From Macrostomum lignano (taxonomy: Eukaryota), in assembly GCA_002269645.1 (NCBI GenBank), contig NIVC01000868.1, positions 186,001 to 250,000 on the forward strand: a stretch of 64,000 bases of DNA. Direction: 5' to 3'. A model generated the notes under the pieces. It did not search any database, was not told the origin of the DNA, and saw nothing but the letters and a program-made list of their open reading frames with translations. Every line of letters begins with the position of its first letter. Position 1 is the first letter of the stretch. This document shows, piece after piece, positions 60,567-64,000 of the stretch. The position numbers and the translations under genes were made by a program.

Positions 60567-62011
60567 TCAGACTGCGGCAGCGGGAGAGGCGGGCGGTTGC
60601 GGATGCCGCAGGCTCTCCAGGCGCAGGTCCTCGCTGTGCCGCTGCAGGCTGGCCAGACTGCCCCGCTGGAGGTTCAGGAGAGAGAGGCATCAAAATAAAG
60701 TGTTGACATCGAAATAAAGTACATTAACAATGCTGAAGTACACGTTGCTCTCTGAGCGAACTCTTAGCTCTCAAATGTATGAATCACATTCAATGCCCAT
60801 GTGGGGGCTGATTTCTTATTCAGCGAATTCTCCTGGCTGTCTGGGCTCAAGTGAGGGAGGCTCAGGTGAGGGAGGCTCAGGTGAGGGAGGCTCAGGTGAG
60901 GGAGGCTCAGGTGAGGGGGCTCAAGTGAGGGGGGCTCAAGTGAGGGAGGCTCAGGTGAGGGAGGCTCAAGTGAGGGAGGCTCAGGTGAGGGAGGCTCAAG
61001 TGAGGGAGGCTCAGGTGAGGGAGGCTCAGGTGAGGGAGGCTCAGGTGAGGGAGGCTCAGGTGAGGGAGGCTCAGGTGAGGGAGGCTCAGGTGAGGGAGGC
61101 TCAGGTGAGGGAGGCTCAGGTGAGGGAGGCTCAGGTGAGGGAGGCTCAGGTGAGGGAGGCTCAGGTGAGGGAGGCTCAGGTGAGGGAGGCTCAGGTGAGG
61201 GAGGCTCAGGTGAAGAGGTTTGTTTAGTTTGAATCAGCTGTGGCCTGTGAATTTACACAAAGTGTAATTTTTTTACCTTCAGAGCCTTCAGCTGGTCCTC
61301 CAGGTAGCGGTTGAAGTCCTGCTCAGCCTGAAATGCCGACTCAGCGGGTGTCTGTCGATCAGGAGGTTGATGAAGCTGCTGCTGCTGGGCCCGCAGCTGC
61401 CGATCGTGAGTGGCGATGTAGTCCAGGAGGCCTGAGCTGCCATGCTGGAAGTTCGGCAAGGCAGAGTCGGTGGAGCTGACCGCTAAGTCTCACCCTGACT
61501 GCCTGGTCTCACCCTGACTGCCCAGTCTCACCTGACCGCTTAGTCTAACCTCCGAACGACGCTCAGTCTCACCCTTACTGCCCAGTCTCACCCCTGACTG
61601 CCCAGTCTCACCCCTGACTGCCCAGTCTCACCCTGACCGCTTAGTCTCACCCCAACCGACGCCCAGTCTCACCCCGTCAATCCCGGTCTCATCCAGGTCT
61701 GCGGAGGTGGCAGCCGCACTTTCCGCTCTCAGCCGCTGCAGCCTCTCGGCCTCAGCCGAGCGCTCGCGCTTCATCAAGTCGGCCAGCTGCTCAGCCTGCT
61801 GCCGCCGCTGCCGTTCCGCGTCCGCCAGCCGCTCGCGGGCCGCCTGCAGCTCCGCCTCGGCCAGCGCCCGCGCCCGCCGCTCAGCTTCGCAGCCGCCGGT
61901 GGCCGCGGCCGCCCGGGCCTCCGCCTCAGCCGCGCGCGCCTCCGCCCGCTTGCGCAGCCCGCGCTGGCGCTCCACCTGCTGCCGCAGCTCCGCCGCGCGC
62001 TCCTCACCGGC
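60567..62011 (-). CDS. 3' exons of a coiled-coil protein (62011-61632, 61475-61277, 60665-60567); upstream exons not identified
   Basis: Ala/Glu/Arg heptad-rich exon ([19 protein letters not shown]...), then [12 protein letters not shown]...[14 protein letters not shown]|[14 protein letters not shown]...*. Splice phases 0/2/0 are compatible. Confidence 0.65.
60842..61213. repeat. 15-bp minisatellite (GGCTCAGGTGAGGGA), about 24 copies, intronic
   Basis: Direct tandem repetition. Confidence 0.95.
61478..61672 (-). repeat. About 18-21-bp repeat (GTGAGACT...GTCAG-G) x9 forming an intron of the coiled-coil gene
   Basis: Nine GTGAGA motifs on the minus strand, most preceded by CAG or CAGG. Confidence 0.85.
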
Positions 62012-62271
62012 CTGGTGAGGCATGGGTTCGAGGCTTGCTGAGCAACGGTTGCCTCATAAAAATAATGCCATTTGATCTCTGAATCGTAACCTTCTCAGTT
62101 ATCGTATCTACTTAAAGTTCAAGCGTACAGTGGAAAACATCTGTAAGTTCCTTTTGTGAAAGATTCATCGCTTTATATTTATAAAACAGGCAAGCTGAGT
62201 GACTGCAGTGGACAGTTGACGGTCAAATTAGTTGATTTTCAAGGGGGTGGAGTGTGCGGCTGAAAACAGAG

Positions 62272-62379
62272 GTAAGATTGAAGAGCCAATCAGAAGGCAG
62301 CGAGAGGGAGGAAGATTGAAGAGCCAATCAGAAGGCAGCGAGAGGGAGGGAGATTGAAGAGCCAATCAGAAGGCAGCGA
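62272..62379. repeat. 38-bp repeat x3 (GATTGAAGAGCCAATCAGAAGGCAGCGAGAGGGAG), last copy cut by a LINE
   Basis: Direct repetition. The sequence diverges at 62380. Confidence 0.8.
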
Positions 62380-64000
62380 CTACAAAGGAAAGACCTCGGC
62401 GCCGTGGTGGAACCCGGAGCTGGGGAAACTCAGGCGGAAGGCCAAAAGCCTTCATCGCCGTGCCATGAAGACCGGAAACCCGGAGGACATGGAGCTTTTC
62501 CGGCAAGCCTCCCGCAATTTCAAATCTGAAGTGCGCAAGGCCAAGGAATGTAAGTGGCGCTAATTCTGCAATGAATTGGATCAAGACAGACCTACTTCTA
62601 GGCTTGTCAAGGCCCTTACAATGGACAAAATGTCCAAATTAGCCATGATCAAAAAAGATGATGGCTCTCTTACTAAAGACCCTGAAGAAGTGCTTCAGCA
62701 TATGCTCAGCACATTCTTCCCGAGGGTACCTACTGCTAGACCGGAGCCCAACCATTCGATGGATGGAGCCACCCTAGCGGCGGGCATTGTCACTGAAGAC
62801 CTAATCGCTCGTGCAGTCAGAACCTTCAAACCCTTCAAATCTCCTGGACCTGATGGTATCTACCCTGTTCTCCTTCGTGAAGCAGCCAAGATACCCTCGT
62901 TCCTGAGACTCACCCGCAATCTTATGCGGGCCTCTATCCAGCTGGGATACGTTCCCAAATGCTGGACTGAAGCTCGGGTAGTCTTTATTCCCAAACCTGG
63001 GAAGGGTGACTACCAAAGCGTCAAGGCCTTTCGGCCTATTAGCTTAACGTCAGCAATGCTTAAGCTCACTGAGAGGCTTATTCTCTGGCGGCTGCTGTCC
63101 TGCGAGCTGACAGCGATGCCCCTCAGCAATAATCAGCACGCCTTCCGTACCGGGAGGTCGACTGACAGCGCCCTGCATGCGATTGTCGAGAAGATTGAAA
63201 GGGCGGTACTGGGTGACGGTTACGCTCTGGCTCTCTTTCTTGACATTGTTGGCGCCTTCGACAACGTTATCTTTGAAGCGTTTCAGAGGGCCCTTCAAAA
63301 TCGCAAAGCTCATGCTACCCTCATACGGTGGATCATGTACATGATCTCAAACCGTACGGTCACTGCCCAACTTCTTGGGCAAACTGCCTCCACCAGAGTC
63401 TGTAAGGGTGGACCCCAAGGCGGAGTCCTCACCCCGACGCTCTGGAACCTGGTCATGGACGCTCTTTTGAGTGACTCCCGACCCGACCCCGTCTTCAAAG
63501 TCGGGTATGCTGATGACGTCACGGCCATTGTGGCAGGACCGTCTCCCAGCACGCTCAGGGATCTGATGCAGAGCTTTATCCGCAAAGCAGAATCCTGGGC
63601 CAATGACAATGGTCTGGAACTCTCTGAGCCCAAAACCGTTGCCATTATGTTTACCAGCAGACTACGCTGGAACATACGTCCTCTGCAGCTCTACGGCAGA
63701 GATATTGCCTTCGCGCACCAGACCAGATGTCTCGGGGTCATACTTGACCACCGGCTCAACTGGTCCTCCCACGTGAAAGCAAAAGCCAAGCGTGCCTCAG
63801 CCATCCTGGCCCAGCTCCGACGAGCACTTGGCACTTCTTGGGGTCTATCCCCAAAGCGGCTTTGGTGGATCTATACTTCCGTAGTTAGACCTGCCATTAC
63901 GTACGCCTCTGTTGTCTGGGTTAGCGCTACCCAGGTCAAAAGCCATGCAGACCTGCTCAACACGATCCAAGGCAGAGCGTGTAGGCTCATCTGCAACGCC
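62380..64000 (+). mobile_element. 5'-truncated non-LTR retrotransposon ORF2 (R1/LOA-like RT), continuing past the window end
   Basis: PWWNPEL, KSPGPDGIYPVLL, WTEARVVFIPKPGK, FRPISLTS, QHAFRTGRST, LDIVGAFD, GGPQGGVLTPTLWNL, GYADD and LGVILDHRLNW. One TAA at 62561-62563, otherwise open to 64000. Confidence 0.93.

Overview
Eukaryotic (animal) genomic DNA with spliceosomal GT-AG introns, GC3-rich exons and about 27 minisatellite arrays. The style and gene content suggest a spiralian such as a Macrostomum-like flatworm (inference). Genes supported by the sequence: a divergent TALE-class homeobox exon; a signal-peptide/KDEL thioredoxin-fold ER protein; a DIRAS GTPase; a DDX31/Dbp7 DEAD-box helicase; a muscarinic acetylcholine receptor; a secreted PAN/Apple + ALK/LTK-type glycine-rich-domain protein; an ankyrin-repeat + cGAS-like (Mab-21 NTase) receptor; an orphan rhodopsin-type GPCR; and the 3' part of a coiled-coil protein gene. 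Mobile DNA: two 5'-truncated LINEs and two MITEs with target-site duplications in an AT-rich island. Most notable: (i) the ANK-cGLR with an intact predicted catalytic triad; (ii) minisatellites built from a gene's own exon/intron junction in four genes, including four tandem acceptors for the receptor TM7 exon; (iii) the kinase-less secreted ALK-like glycine-rich protein. Several genes carry 1-bp deletions in short base runs that look like long-read consensus errors. No rRNA, tRNA gene or CRISPR array is supported. Exon boundaries were read by eye, and repeat-array limits are approximate.
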